Assembly: GCA_018656065.1 (NCBI GenBank) | Contig: JABHZY010000024.1 | Coordinates: 75,980 to 139,979 of the forward strand | Direction: 5' to 3' | Source of the DNA: Candidatus Komeilibacteria bacterium | Lineage (GTDB): Bacteria > Patescibacteriota > Patescibacteriia > UBA1558 > GWA2-36-10 | Length of the DNA stretch: 64,000 nt | In this document: piece after piece, positions 10,495 through 20,530 of the stretch | Layout of the letters: each line of letters begins with the position of its first letter | Position numbering within the stretch: the first letter of the stretch is position 1 | Notes under the pieces: generated by a model | Database searches by the model: none | What the model was told of the DNA's origin: nothing | What the model saw: only the letters and a program-made list of their open reading frames with translations | Position numbers and translations under genes: made by a program

Positions 10495-11592
10495 TTATTC
10501 CAAAATATAATCTAAAGTCTGACGAGCAACTTTAGACCAAGAAAACTGTTTGGCTCGTTCTAGACCTTTTTGCCTCAAATCACTCCTCTGCTCTTGATTA
10601 TTAAATATAATTTCAATTTTATTTTTTATATCTTCTATATCATCAGGATCAAAATACAAGGCAGACTCCTCGGCTACTTCTTTGAGCGCAGAAATATTTG
10701 AACAAACAACTGGTACTCCTGAAGCCATAGCCTCTAAAACTGGCAAACCAAAACCCTCAAACTTAGAAGGGAACACAAAGCCTGATGCCGAAGCCATTAA
10801 AGTCGGATAATTTGCTTGACTGACATAGCCCAAAAGCAATATATCCTCTTTTACATTTTCAGCCTGACACATTTTTTCAATTTCATCGTAACCATAATTA
10901 CCTGGACGACCACCTAAAACTAATGGCCATTTACGGCTGGTTTTTTTATATGCTTTAATAAGATTTAATACATTCTTTTTTGTTTCTAATCTACCAATAT
11001 AAAGTAAATATTTATCTGGATAATCATGCTTATCAATAAATGATTGTTTTAATTCATTGTCTATAGGTAAAAAAGTATCTTCTTTATAGCCTAAATGAAT
11101 AACTTTTATTTTATGCTTAGCTTTAGGAAAATATTTTATTATATCCTGCCTAGTAGCTTCAGAAATAGTAATAATCTTATCCGCTCGCTTGATAGCCAGA
11201 TTATGAGAAAATCTTTGATAAATACGTTCTAGCGGATGATAAAGCTCTGGATTTCTATAAAAACCAAGATCATGAATAGTCACAATCATCTCTCCTCTAC
11301 CAAAAAGTGGTAAAGCGTTAGTAGCAAAAAATTTATCAACAGGTCTAACAAAAAGTTCCCAGGCTAATCTAAAATGTGTCCAAAATTTTCTAAATGGCCA
11401 CGGCAAAGATTTTAAACAAAAATTATCCGGTGCATCTTTGAGATCACCGGCTATATATTTATTATAATAAATAACAAACTTATTTTCTTTATCTATTTTT
11501 TTAAATTCTTGGAGTAAATGCCAAGCATACCATTCGGTACCGGTCTTGTATTTTTTATTAGCTCTAGTAGCTTCTAGTCCTAATGTTTTCAT
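10495..11592 (-). CDS. GT4-family glycosyltransferase
   Basis: EGFGLPVLEAMASGVPVVCS motif. Confidence 0.8.
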   Translation of the reverse strand: MKTLGLEATRANKKYKTGTEWYAWHLLQEFKKIDKENKFVIYYNKYIAGDLKDAPDNFCLKSLPWPFRKFWTHFRLAWELFVRPVDKFFATNALPLFGRGEMIVTIHDLGFYRNPELYHPLERIYQRFSHNLAIKRADKIITISEATRQDIIKYFPKAKHKIKVIHLGYKEDTFLPIDNELKQSFIDKHDYPDKYLLYIGRLETKKNVLNLIKAYKKTSRKWPLVLGGRPGNYGYDEIEKMCQAENVKEDILLLGYVSQANYPTLMASASGFVFPSKFEGFGLPVLEAMASGVPVVCSNISALKEVAEESALYFDPDDIEDIKNKIEIIFNNQEQRSDLRQKGLERAKQFSWSKVARQTLDYILE

Positions 11593-11602
11593 TACTATTA
11601 AA

Positions 11603-12616
11603 TTATTTAGCAGATAATATACTTCGTTTATATGATTCTAGATTCTCTAAAGCAATACCAGTACCACGAGCCACACAAAGAAGTGACTCATCAGCCACAT
11701 AAGCTGGTACACCAGTAGCTTGAGACAATAATTTATCCATATTACGCAACAATGAAGTTCCGCCTGATAAAACCATACCTTTATCCATAATATCAGCAGA
11801 TAGCTCCGGTGGCGTTTGATAAAGCACAGATTTTACAGCTGCAATTAAACTCTGTAATTCATTTTGCAAGGCTTCAGTTACATCATCAGAATTTACTGTA
11901 ATAGTACGCGGCAAACCAGACACCATATCACGACCCTTAATATCCAAAATTAGCTTTTCCTCTTTTGGTAAAAATTGAGCACTACCAATCTTTATTTTTA
12001 CTTCTTCAGCAGTTCTTTCTCCAATAGCTAAATTATATTTTTTCTTAATATGTTCAGCAATAGCTCCATCATATTTATTACCACCAATTCTAACTGAAGT
12101 ATTAGCTACTACGCCTCCTAAAGAAATAACTGCTATTTCACTAGTACCACCTCCCATATCAACAATCATATGCCCAGAAGCACTACCAATAGGAATATCA
12201 GCTCCTATGGCGGCTGCTATAGGCTCTTTAATGATATAAGCTGCCTTGGCACCAGCATTTAGCGTAGCATCAATTACAGCCCTTCTTTCAGTAGATGTAA
12301 TACCAGCCGGCACGGCAATCATAACTTCTGGACGAAATATCTTCATTCCTCCTACCGCTTTATTTATAAAATATTTGAGCATGCTTTCCGTAGTACGATA
12401 ATCTGCAATTACACCATCTTTAAGTGGTCGAGAAGCAATAATAGAATCTGGGGTACGTCCAATCATTTCCTTAGCTTCATCTCCTACAGCTAAAACTTTT
12501 TTGTCCAAAACTGAAATAGCCACTACTGATGGCTCATTTATTACAATACCTCGCTTTGGAATATATACCAAAGTATAAGCAGTACCTAAATCTATACCAA
12601 TTTTTTTTATAAACAT
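11603..12616 (-). CDS. MreB-like actin homolog (second paralog)
   Basis: N-terminal GIDLGTAYTLVY, DMGGGTSEIAV, actin-fold ATPase motifs. Confidence 0.8.
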   Translation of the reverse strand: MFIKKIGIDLGTAYTLVYIPKRGIVINEPSVVAISVLDKKVLAVGDEAKEMIGRTPDSIIASRPLKDGVIADYRTTESMLKYFINKAVGGMKIFRPEVMIAVPAGITSTERRAVIDATLNAGAKAAYIIKEPIAAAIGADIPIGSASGHMIVDMGGGTSEIAVISLGGVVANTSVRIGGNKYDGAIAEHIKKKYNLAIGERTAEEVKIKIGSAQFLPKEEKLILDIKGRDMVSGLPRTITVNSDDVTEALQNELQSLIAAVKSVLYQTPPELSADIMDKGMVLSGGTSLLRNMDKLLSQATGVPAYVADESLLCVARGTGIALENLESYKRSILSAK

Positions 12617-12622
12617 GAATAA

Positions 12623-13081
12623 TTATTGAATCTCTAAAATCTTACATTTTGTTTTACCACTTGGCAAGTCTACCTCTACTTCATCACCAATTGTCTTACC
12701 CATTAACGCTTCACCAAATGGTGATTCTAGCGATATTTTACCCTGCACTGGATCAGCTTCAGTACTACCTACGATAGTAAAGTCTAATATCTGGCCTTCT
12801 TTATCAATCTTTACCTGACGGCCAACTTGAACCTTACCATCATCTTTCATTTTTTCAGCTACAAGAGAAGTTTTTACTAGATGTTCTAATTCTAAAATAC
12901 GACCCTCTACAAAAGACTGTTCTTCTTTAGCTTCTTGATATTCAGCATTTTCTGATAAATCACCCAATTCTTTAGCTGATTTAATTCTTTCAGATACCTC
13001 AGGGCGTTTTTTAGTCTTTAAAATCTCTAACTCTTCCTTGAGTTTATTAAGACCTTCTTCAGTTAAAACTTTATTGTCCAT
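12623..13081 (-). CDS. greA: transcription elongation factor GreA
   Basis: N-terminal coiled-coil LTEEGLNKLKEELEIL plus C-terminal FKBP-like domain; 152 aa. Confidence 0.9.
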   Translation of the reverse strand: MDNKVLTEEGLNKLKEELEILKTKKRPEVSERIKSAKELGDLSENAEYQEAKEEQSFVEGRILELEHLVKTSLVAEKMKDDGKVQVGRQVKIDKEGQILDFTIVGSTEADPVQGKISLESPFGEALMGKTIGDEVEVDLPSGKTKCKILEIQ

Positions 13082-13126
13082 AATAAATTATTTTTATTTC
13101 TAATTAGTATACTAAATATTATCAAA

Positions 13127-15034
13127 TTATTGAGAAAAATACCACTCCATAAATTCTCTAGTAATAGTAACTGCCAAACCTCTATCACCACCCTCTTCTA
13201 CTAATACGGTAGTTACTATCTTAGCATCTTCATAAGGAGCAAAAGCAGCCATCCAAGAATGCGGAGTTTTATTTCTATTAAACTGGGCCGTGCCCGTTTT
13301 ACCAGCTACATCAACTGTTACTGACTGGAGGCTCTGAGCTGTACCATCGGTGATCGTCATACGTAAACCTCTCTTTATAGTATTTAAATTATCAGATGCT
13401 ATAATATTAGTCAAAAGTGTCTTAGGTTTAAAAACAGTTGTATTATCCCCTACTTTACTTTCTTTTATAAAATGTGGTTCATAAACATGGCCATCATTAG
13501 CAAAATAAGACATCATTGTAGCAGCTTGCAATGGTGTACTTAATAAATATCCCTGTCCGATGGAAAGATTATAAGTATCACCAAGATACCATCTTTCATC
13601 AAAAGTAGCTTCTTTCCATTCTTTAGAAGGTAAAAATCCATCAACTTCTGAATTCAAATCAATGCCTGTTAATTTACCTAGACCAAATTTTCTAGAATAT
13701 TCAATAATCTTATCAGACCCCAATCCTAAACTAAGCCATTCATTATTTCCACCACCAATAGAATAAAAAAATGTATTAACTGAGTCAGCAATAGCCCAAT
13801 ATATATTAGTTAATCCATGCCCTCCGCTACGCCAATCTGGAAAAAAACTACTACCTATCTGAACACCGCCTGTACTATTAACTGTAAAACTAGAATTAAT
13901 AAGCTTTTCTTCTAAGGCAGCTGCCGATACCACTGCTTTAAATATAGAACCCATTGGATAGGTACCAGATATAGTTCTATTTAATAATGGTAAATTTTCA
14001 TTAGCTACTATTTCGCCATATTCTTCATCATTTAACAAAGTAGTGAAAATATTATTATCATAACTAGGTAGAGATACCATAGCCAAGACTCCACCATCCT
14101 TAGGATCAAGTATTACTGCTGCCATCTTAGGATTATCATAAAGTTCAGCGTTTTTTTGCATTATCTCAAATAACTTGGCTTGAGCTTTAGCATCTACAGT
14201 TAAAACTAAGTCTGAACCATCTATTGGTTCGATCATTGATAAAATATTTTTTTCTCTAAATAAAGCGTCTACTTCAATTTGCCTTATACCATCTTGCCCC
14301 TTGATAGAGTTTTCATACATTAATTCTAAACCTGTTTTACCAATTCTATCATAATAATTATATCTTCTATTGGCTATGTCATCTTCTGTCACTGCCCCTA
14401 AATAACCCATGGCATGACTAAGTCCCAAATAATTAAAATATTCACGACGAGGTTCATAAGCTACATCAATACTAGGTTGCGATTCTGATAATATAATTAA
14501 CCTCATAGCTAAATCATAAGGTAAATTTTCGTACATCAATATTTTAGTTGATTTATTTTCTTCATTATAAATATTATTTTCTAATTCATCTTTTGAGATA
14601 TCTAAAATATTAGATAATTTATTAAATAAATCCTGCTTAGCTAATTCATCTTCAGGAAAAATATCTTTATCTAAATAAAGAAAAAAATAAGAAATATTTT
14701 TCACTAATAAATCACCAAAACGATCATACATCAAACCACGATTAGCTTTAATAACGTCAGATTTAATACGATTACCCTCAGCTATATTTCTAAAATATTC
14801 TCCTTTGATGGCCTGTAAATAAAAAGCTCGTCCAAATAGAATAAATAAACAAATAAAAAAAATAAGAAATAACCAACGTATTTTTTTATCTTCGAAAAAT
14901 CTACCTAATTGTTGAGTTTTATCAACTAAGCCAAAATCCAAATAATCACCACTCTTTTTTTGCTTTATAAAGCCACCTACTTTTGAGTCGCGTATTTGTC
15001 CTTCTTGAATTTTAAAAGGATTGTTTTTGATCAT
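13127..15034 (-). CDS. mrdA: penicillin-binding protein 2 (elongasome transpeptidase)
   Basis: N-terminal TM, dimerisation domain, SxxK (GSIFK), SxN (SVN), KTG (KTGTA) motifs; sits in the mreBCD operon. Confidence 0.85.
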   Translation of the reverse strand: MIKNNPFKIQEGQIRDSKVGGFIKQKKSGDYLDFGLVDKTQQLGRFFEDKKIRWLFLIFFICLFILFGRAFYLQAIKGEYFRNIAEGNRIKSDVIKANRGLMYDRFGDLLVKNISYFFLYLDKDIFPEDELAKQDLFNKLSNILDISKDELENNIYNEENKSTKILMYENLPYDLAMRLIILSESQPSIDVAYEPRREYFNYLGLSHAMGYLGAVTEDDIANRRYNYYDRIGKTGLELMYENSIKGQDGIRQIEVDALFREKNILSMIEPIDGSDLVLTVDAKAQAKLFEIMQKNAELYDNPKMAAVILDPKDGGVLAMVSLPSYDNNIFTTLLNDEEYGEIVANENLPLLNRTISGTYPMGSIFKAVVSAAALEEKLINSSFTVNSTGGVQIGSSFFPDWRSGGHGLTNIYWAIADSVNTFFYSIGGGNNEWLSLGLGSDKIIEYSRKFGLGKLTGIDLNSEVDGFLPSKEWKEATFDERWYLGDTYNLSIGQGYLLSTPLQAATMMSYFANDGHVYEPHFIKESKVGDNTTVFKPKTLLTNIIASDNLNTIKRGLRMTITDGTAQSLQSVTVDVAGKTGTAQFNRNKTPHSWMAAFAPYEDAKIVTTVLVEEGGDRGLAVTITREFMEWYFSQ

Positions 15035-15515
15035 GACGCTTCACCCAAAAATTATAATAAATTAAATGTAAAAATATTACTAAAAATATATTAATGCCTG
15101 TCATTTTTAATATAGGTTTTATCAAATTATTATCAATAATATATAAATCCCAATTAAAAATTAAATCACTTGCCCAAAATAACAACCAAAATACTACAAA
15201 AGAAAATAAAGTAAGCAATATGATAGACAAAATATTTTTAGAACTTAGAATAGTAACTTGCAAACTTTTTAATACAAAAACAATAATAACAAATATAACG
15301 GCATGCAAACCAAAAATTCCTGTGAAAGAATCTATAAAAAATCCAGCCAATAATGCAAAAGTGTAATATACCCACTCCTTTTCAGAATTAAAATAAATTA
15401 ATAAAAGTGCGACTAAAAATGGCTGCAAAAATTGCCAACCATTATCATAGAAGTTTAGAAATAAGTATAAGAAACTACTTATCAAAAATATTAATATAAA
15501 ATAGAGATACCTCAT
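15012..15515 (-). CDS. mreD: rod shape-determining protein MreD
   Basis: 167 aa, 5 TM helices, between mreC and mrdA. Confidence 0.6.
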   Translation of the reverse strand: MRYLYFILIFLISSFLYLFLNFYDNGWQFLQPFLVALLLIYFNSEKEWVYYTFALLAGFFIDSFTGIFGLHAVIFVIIVFVLKSLQVTILSSKNILSIILLTLFSFVVFWLLFWASDLIFNWDLYIIDNNLIKPILKMTGINIFLVIFLHLIYYNFWVKRHDQKQSF

Positions 15516-16252
15516 GATTGAGTAATAACTGCTAAAGTAAACAAAACCTCATAATTTATCAAAGGTAGCACAGATGCTTCCTTAAAAAGCTCTTCCTGTT
15601 CAAATTCTACATTCTCTATCTGACCAACTACCAAACCAGAAGGTATCTTAGGATCAATATCTGCAGTAACTACTATATCTCCTTTTTTTATTTCTTGTTC
15701 TTGAGGTATAAAACTAAGCTCCATTACTAAACCTAAAGAACCACTAAGTATGCCCGAAACATTTCTATCATCACCTATTTTGACAGCTAACTTAGAAAAA
15801 TGATCCGTTAAAAGTCTAAGCTTTGAGGAGTCTATTCCTGCATCTATAATTTTACCAACTACAATGCCATTGCTAACTACTACGGCTTGTCCATTTTCTA
15901 TGCCTCTATCTCTACCCGCATCTATAATTAATATATTACGGTTCAGTGGATCTCTACTTAATATATTAACTACAGCTAAATTATATTCCTTTTTATTTTT
16001 TAATTCTAATAATTCACGTAGTTCATTATTTTCTTGTTTAAGTTCTTTAAGTTGATTATTTTCTACTAAAAGATTCTTATACTCTTCTTCAAGATTATCA
16101 GGAAAACTTAATAAAGTTGTATTAAATTTTTCTGGACTAAAACTTTTTCTAAAAATTATTCCTAAATCAAAAATTTGCCCGTTTTTAAATAATATAAACA
16201 GAGCAATTATTGTGATAAAAATTAAAAAAAATTTTAAATTTTGTCTTAGCAT
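15512..16252 (-). CDS. mreC: rod shape-determining protein MreC
   Basis: N-terminal TM, coiled coil, beta-rich C-terminal domain; follows mreB. Confidence 0.75.
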   Translation of the reverse strand: MLRQNLKFFLIFITIIALFILFKNGQIFDLGIIFRKSFSPEKFNTTLLSFPDNLEEEYKNLLVENNQLKELKQENNELRELLELKNKKEYNLAVVNILSRDPLNRNILIIDAGRDRGIENGQAVVVSNGIVVGKIIDAGIDSSKLRLLTDHFSKLAVKIGDDRNVSGILSGSLGLVMELSFIPQEQEIKKGDIVVTADIDPKIPSGLVVGQIENVEFEQEELFKEASVLPLINYEVLFTLAVITQS

Positions 16253-16263
16253 AGGCTATTTAA

Positions 16264-17316
16264 CTATCCCCATCCCATATCTTTAGTAGAAGGTAAAAGT
16301 ATTTCTCTTAGATTATCTAAATCATCCAAAACTTTACCAGTACCTCTAACTACAGCTGTAAGAGGTTCATCAGTAATATGAACTGGCATCTTTGTTTCTT
16401 GAGATATCAGAATATCCAAACCTTTTAACAAGGCTCCACCACCTGTTAGCACCATACCTCTTTCATAAAGGTCTGAGACTAATTCTGGTGGTGTATTTTC
16501 AATAGTTGCTTTTATGTTTTCTACAATTAATTTAATTGGCTTGATAATAGCTTCACGAATATTAGCTTCTGTTACTTGTACTTCTTTTGGTAAACCAGTT
16601 AAAAGATCGCGACCACGCATAGTAGTCTTTACAGGCTTATCACTAGCCATAATTGATCCTATTTGGATTTTTATTTTTTCAGCAGTACGTTCACCTAAAA
16701 GTAAATTAAATTTATCACGAGCATATTGAATAATAGCCTCATTAAATTTATCACCAGCCAATTTAAGTGATTTCCAAGAAACTACGCCTCCTAGAGAAAT
16801 AACAGCTATTTCTGTGGTACCACCACCAATATCCACTATCATAGAACCTGAAGCCTCTTGAATTGGTAAACCAGCTCCAATAGCAGCTGCCATTGGCTCT
16901 TCTATAAGTAAAACCTCTGAAGCACCAGCTCCCATCACAGAGTCTTCTACTGCCTTTCTTTCTACTTCTGTTACATCTAAAGGAATACCAATTACCACTC
17001 TTGGCCGAGGCATAAAAGTAAATGATTCTTTATGAACTTTTTCAATAAAATGCTTAATCATTTTTTCAGATACTTCAAAATCAGAAATAATTCCATCTAC
17101 TAATGGCCTAGTGACTGTAATATGTTGTGGAGTTTTACCAAGCATAATCTTAGCATCATCACCAACAGCTATAATTTTTTCTGTACGATTATTGATAGCT
17201 ACTATAGAGGGTTCATTGACTACAATGCCTTGATCTTTAACATAAACCAAAATATTGGCTGTACCTAGGTCAATGCCAATATCTTTGGAAAAGTTTTTAA
17301 AAAGTCCTTTAAACAT
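16264..17316 (-). CDS. mreB: rod shape-determining protein MreB
   Basis: GIDLGTANILVYV, DIGGGTTEIAV motifs; 350 aa. Confidence 0.9.
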   Translation of the reverse strand: MFKGLFKNFSKDIGIDLGTANILVYVKDQGIVVNEPSIVAINNRTEKIIAVGDDAKIMLGKTPQHITVTRPLVDGIISDFEVSEKMIKHFIEKVHKESFTFMPRPRVVIGIPLDVTEVERKAVEDSVMGAGASEVLLIEEPMAAAIGAGLPIQEASGSMIVDIGGGTTEIAVISLGGVVSWKSLKLAGDKFNEAIIQYARDKFNLLLGERTAEKIKIQIGSIMASDKPVKTTMRGRDLLTGLPKEVQVTEANIREAIIKPIKLIVENIKATIENTPPELVSDLYERGMVLTGGGALLKGLDILISQETKMPVHITDEPLTAVVRGTGKVLDDLDNLREILLPSTKDMGWG

Positions 17317-18560
17317 TATTTGTAAAATTTATTAATTTTTTTAATAACACTATCTAAATCTAACAATTCTTTACTATGGTCTTTTCTATAAATAAGCTCT
17401 AATTCTGATTGTTTATCAGAAATAATTAATTGCAGACAATTACCTAATAAATCAGCGTCTTTGAATTTCTTACCGAATGATATATCTCTATCATCAAATA
17501 ATACTTCTAGGCCATTTTCACGTAATTTTTCATAGACCTTATTAGCTCGTTCATTTGTCTTATCATTTTTTGACAGATTTAGCAAATGAACATGGTATGG
17601 TGTAGTAGCTTTAGTCCATATAATACCGTCTTTGTCATGACTAGCCTCTACTACAGTACCCATAACACGCCCTAGACCAATGCCATATGAGCCCATAAGC
17701 ACATTTTTCATCTGGCCATCTTCAGTAGTATATTTTAGCCCTAAGGACTCTGAATATTTAGTGCCAAGTCTAAAAATATTACCAGCTTCAACAGTTTTAG
17801 CTTCTTCTGTCTTAACTCCACATTTTGGACATTTATCACCAGCTTTAATTTTGGTAATTTCTTTATTTTGAGCCCAACCACATTCAGTACATAAAACAGT
17901 AATATCTTCTCCAGCCTCTGTCTTAACCATGAATTCATGAGAAAACTGTTTACTCATAGATCCACCAGAAGCTTCAACTGAAAAAGCCTCTAACCCTAAT
18001 CTTTTAAAAATAGTCAAATAAGCATCATGCACTCTAAAATAATATTCATCTAAATCTTTTTCATCTGCGTGGAAACTATAAAGATCTTTCATAGAAAATT
18101 CACGACCACGAAGTAAGCCAGACTTTGCTCGTTTTTCATTTCTAAACTTGTCTTGAATTTGATAAATATATATTGGTAAATCTTTATAAGATTTGATTTG
18201 TTGTTTGGCTAGTTCAGTCACTACTTCTTCATGGGTAGTAGCTAAACCTACTTCGCTACCATGACCATCTTCAAATTGATACATAATATCTTCCATCTCA
18301 GACCAACGACCAGTTTTATCCCAAAGCTCTTTTGGTTGCAAAGCTGTCATTAACATTTCTTGACCATCTACCGCATCCATCTCTTCTCTAATTATATTTT
18401 CAACTTTACGAAAAACTTTAAGACCAAGTGGTAAGTAGTTATATACACCAGCCATATGTTTTTCTATAAACCCGCCACGAATAAGTAATTCAGCGTTAAT
18501 AGATTTTTCATCTTTACTGACTTCTCGTCTGGTTTTTCCAAATAATTTTGATTGTATCAT
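17316..18560 (-). CDS. proS: prolyl-tRNA synthetase, short form (class II; editing insertion apparently absent)
   Basis: Class II motif 2: FRNEKRAKSGLLRGREFSMKDLYSF. Zn-ribbon insertion: CTECG...CPKCG. C-terminal anticodon-binding domain. Confidence 0.7.
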   Translation of the reverse strand: MIQSKLFGKTRREVSKDEKSINAELLIRGGFIEKHMAGVYNYLPLGLKVFRKVENIIREEMDAVDGQEMLMTALQPKELWDKTGRWSEMEDIMYQFEDGHGSEVGLATTHEEVVTELAKQQIKSYKDLPIYIYQIQDKFRNEKRAKSGLLRGREFSMKDLYSFHADEKDLDEYYFRVHDAYLTIFKRLGLEAFSVEASGGSMSKQFSHEFMVKTEAGEDITVLCTECGWAQNKEITKIKAGDKCPKCGVKTEEAKTVEAGNIFRLGTKYSESLGLKYTTEDGQMKNVLMGSYGIGLGRVMGTVVEASHDKDGIIWTKATTPYHVHLLNLSKNDKTNERANKVYEKLRENGLEVLFDDRDISFGKKFKDADLLGNCLQLIISDKQSELELIYRKDHSKELLDLDSVIKKINKFYK

Positions 18561-18562
18561 AT

Positions 18563-18895
18563 TTAATCTTTTAATAAATTGATAATGCGTTCTTTCTCAA
18601 CTTCCAAAATACCTCCATCATAATCTCCGCTATGAGCTGTCTGTCCTTTGTGACAAGCTCCCTTTTGATCAAGATGTAATGAAAATTCAATTCCATCTTT
18701 TGTTTCTTTATTATAAATATGGAAACGCGGAAATTCACCACCCTCTAGACGTCTAGAAAAACTTTTGCCGTTTCTATGTGGATGATAACCAATCCGCCTA
18801 GCTAAGGCCAAAATATTATATTTATTGTTATTAATCAAAAATTTCATAAATTTACATAAACCAAGATGTGACTGCATTCCAAATACCAGCACCAT
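18563..18895 (-). CDS. hypothetical protein with a His/Cys cluster (a later start at M17, about 18847, is possible)
   Basis: ORF only. The HPHRNG...HLDQKGACHKGQTAHSGDYDGG motif suggests metal binding. No family recognised. Confidence 0.3.
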   Translation of the reverse strand: MVLVFGMQSHLGLCKFMKFLINNNKYNILALARRIGYHPHRNGKSFSRRLEGGEFPRFHIYNKETKDGIEFSLHLDQKGACHKGQTAHSGDYDGGILEVEKERIINLLKD

Positions 18896-19961
18896 AGATT
18901 TTAAAATCTCTCAAAGTAACTGCCACTAATATCGCCACTAATATAATAAAACCACTATTATGTATCCAAGCTTCTGCTTTTTCATTTAATTTTTTACGAG
19001 TAATAGCTTCAAGTAATATAAATAAAGCTCGACCACCATCAAGAGCTGGGAATGGGAAGAAATTAATAACTCCTAAATTGATAGATAGTATAGCAGCAAA
19101 ATATACAATGTTAATAAAACCAAGTTTTACAATTTGCCCAGTCACCACTGCTACTGCTACTGGCCCACCAAATCCTGAAGCTAAATTACCTTCCGTGATA
19201 AGATCCTTAACTAAATTATACAAAGCGGCCACAATGCCGACTATCATAGCAATAGTCACTTTGAATCCCTGAACTATACTGCCAAAAAAACCATACTCTA
19301 TAATACCAGTCTCAGTGATACCAACTCCTATCATTAACTCTCCGCCCTCTTCTAGAATTTCGTGTTTTAAATTATACGTTTCTTCTTGATTATCTCCTTT
19401 ACGTACAGCTAATGCTATATCTTCGCCTCTTAGAAATTCTAATTGAGTATAAACATCTTCATAATTATCAAAAGCCTGTCCATTAACTTCTAATATTTTA
19501 TCACCAACATCTAGACCAGCTTTATCAGCTGGACTATCTTTAGCTATTTGCAGAATAACTACATTCTTATCTTTAATTTCTTTGCCAATAGTATCTTCGG
19601 TTAACTCTTGTGGAAAACCAGCCATAAATACTATAGAAAGCAACACAAAAGCTAAAACAAAATTCATAAATACACCAGCTGAAATAATGATTAATTTTTT
19701 CCAAGCTGGTTGATTTACAAAACTCCTAGGATCATCCTGACCCTCGCCTTGTTCACCGGTAATTTTTACAAAACCGCCCATTGGTATCCAATTGATAGAA
19801 TATTTTACACCTTTTCTTACCCACGAAACAATCTTTGGCGGAAAACCAATTGCAAATTCTTCTACGTCTACTCCTAACTTTATAGCGCTAACAAAATGCC
19901 CAAGTTCATGAACTAATATTAAAACACCTAAAATTATTATAAATATTATAACTGCTTCCAT
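18852..19961 (-). CDS. rseP: site-2 protease RseP (M50 zinc metalloprotease with PDZ domain)
   Basis: HELGHF HExxH motif in TM1, central PDZ domain, LDGG motif near the C-terminus. Confidence 0.85.
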   Translation of the reverse strand: MEAVIIFIIILGVLILVHELGHFVSAIKLGVDVEEFAIGFPPKIVSWVRKGVKYSINWIPMGGFVKITGEQGEGQDDPRSFVNQPAWKKLIIISAGVFMNFVLAFVLLSIVFMAGFPQELTEDTIGKEIKDKNVVILQIAKDSPADKAGLDVGDKILEVNGQAFDNYEDVYTQLEFLRGEDIALAVRKGDNQEETYNLKHEILEEGGELMIGVGITETGIIEYGFFGSIVQGFKVTIAMIVGIVAALYNLVKDLITEGNLASGFGGPVAVAVVTGQIVKLGFINIVYFAAILSINLGVINFFPFPALDGGRALFILLEAITRKKLNEKAEAWIHNSGFIILVAILVAVTLRDFKIYGAGIWNAVTSWFM

Positions 19962-19965
19962 AAAA

Positions 19966-20520
19966 TTAAATTGTCATTATTTCTTTTTCTTTTTCGTCGC
20001 CGATTTGTTTAATCTTTTCATTATACTCTTTAACTAATTCATCTAATTCTTTTAAAGCTCCAAACCTATCATCTTCAGAAATTTGTTTACTTTTCTCTAA
20101 AGAAATTATTTCTTCTTTTACTCTTTCTCTATTATTTCTTAAGGTAATACGTGAATCTTCAGCTTTTTTATGAAGTATTTTTACTAATTCTTTACGAGAT
20201 TCTTCAGTCAAAGGAGGGAAATTTAATCTAACTAAATCTCCATCCACCACTGGATTAACATTTAAATCTGCTTGGTTAAGAGCTCTTTCTATATCAGCTA
20301 ATATACTTTTATCCCAAGGTTTAATCACGATACTTTGAGGCTCTGGGCTAGTGATAGCCGCTAACTGTAAAAGTTCTGTATTAACTCCATAACTTTCTAC
20401 AGAAATATTTTCCACTAAACTAGGCGAAACTCGGCCCGTTCTTAATGAAGTAATATCCTCTTGAAAAAAACTAATAGTTTTTTCAAATTCTTCCTTGTGT
20501 TTTTCAATTAAATTATTCAT
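19966..20520 (-). CDS. frr: ribosome recycling factor
   Basis: 184 aa, full-length similarity to the RRF fold (LRTGRVSPSLVENISVESYG). Confidence 0.9.
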   Translation of the reverse strand: MNNLIEKHKEEFEKTISFFQEDITSLRTGRVSPSLVENISVESYGVNTELLQLAAITSPEPQSIVIKPWDKSILADIERALNQADLNVNPVVDGDLVRLNFPPLTEESRKELVKILHKKAEDSRITLRNNRERVKEEIISLEKSKQISEDDRFGALKELDELVKEYNEKIKQIGDEKEKEIMTI

Positions 20521-20530
20521 TATTTTAAAA

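Noticed and set aside
15094-15366. ORF 15094-15366 (+)
   Set aside because: Short antisense ORF inside a longer, better-supported minus-strand gene.
15864-16055. ORF 15864-16055 (+)
   Set aside because: Short antisense ORF inside a longer, better-supported minus-strand gene.
16514-16729. ORF 16514-16729 (+)
   Set aside because: Short antisense ORF inside a longer, better-supported minus-strand gene.
17680-17938. ORFs 17680-17871 (+) and 17741-17938 (-)
   Set aside because: Short antisense or out-of-frame ORFs inside a longer, better-supported minus-strand gene.
19078-19272. ORF 19078-19272 (+)
   Set aside because: Short antisense ORF inside a longer, better-supported minus-strand gene.
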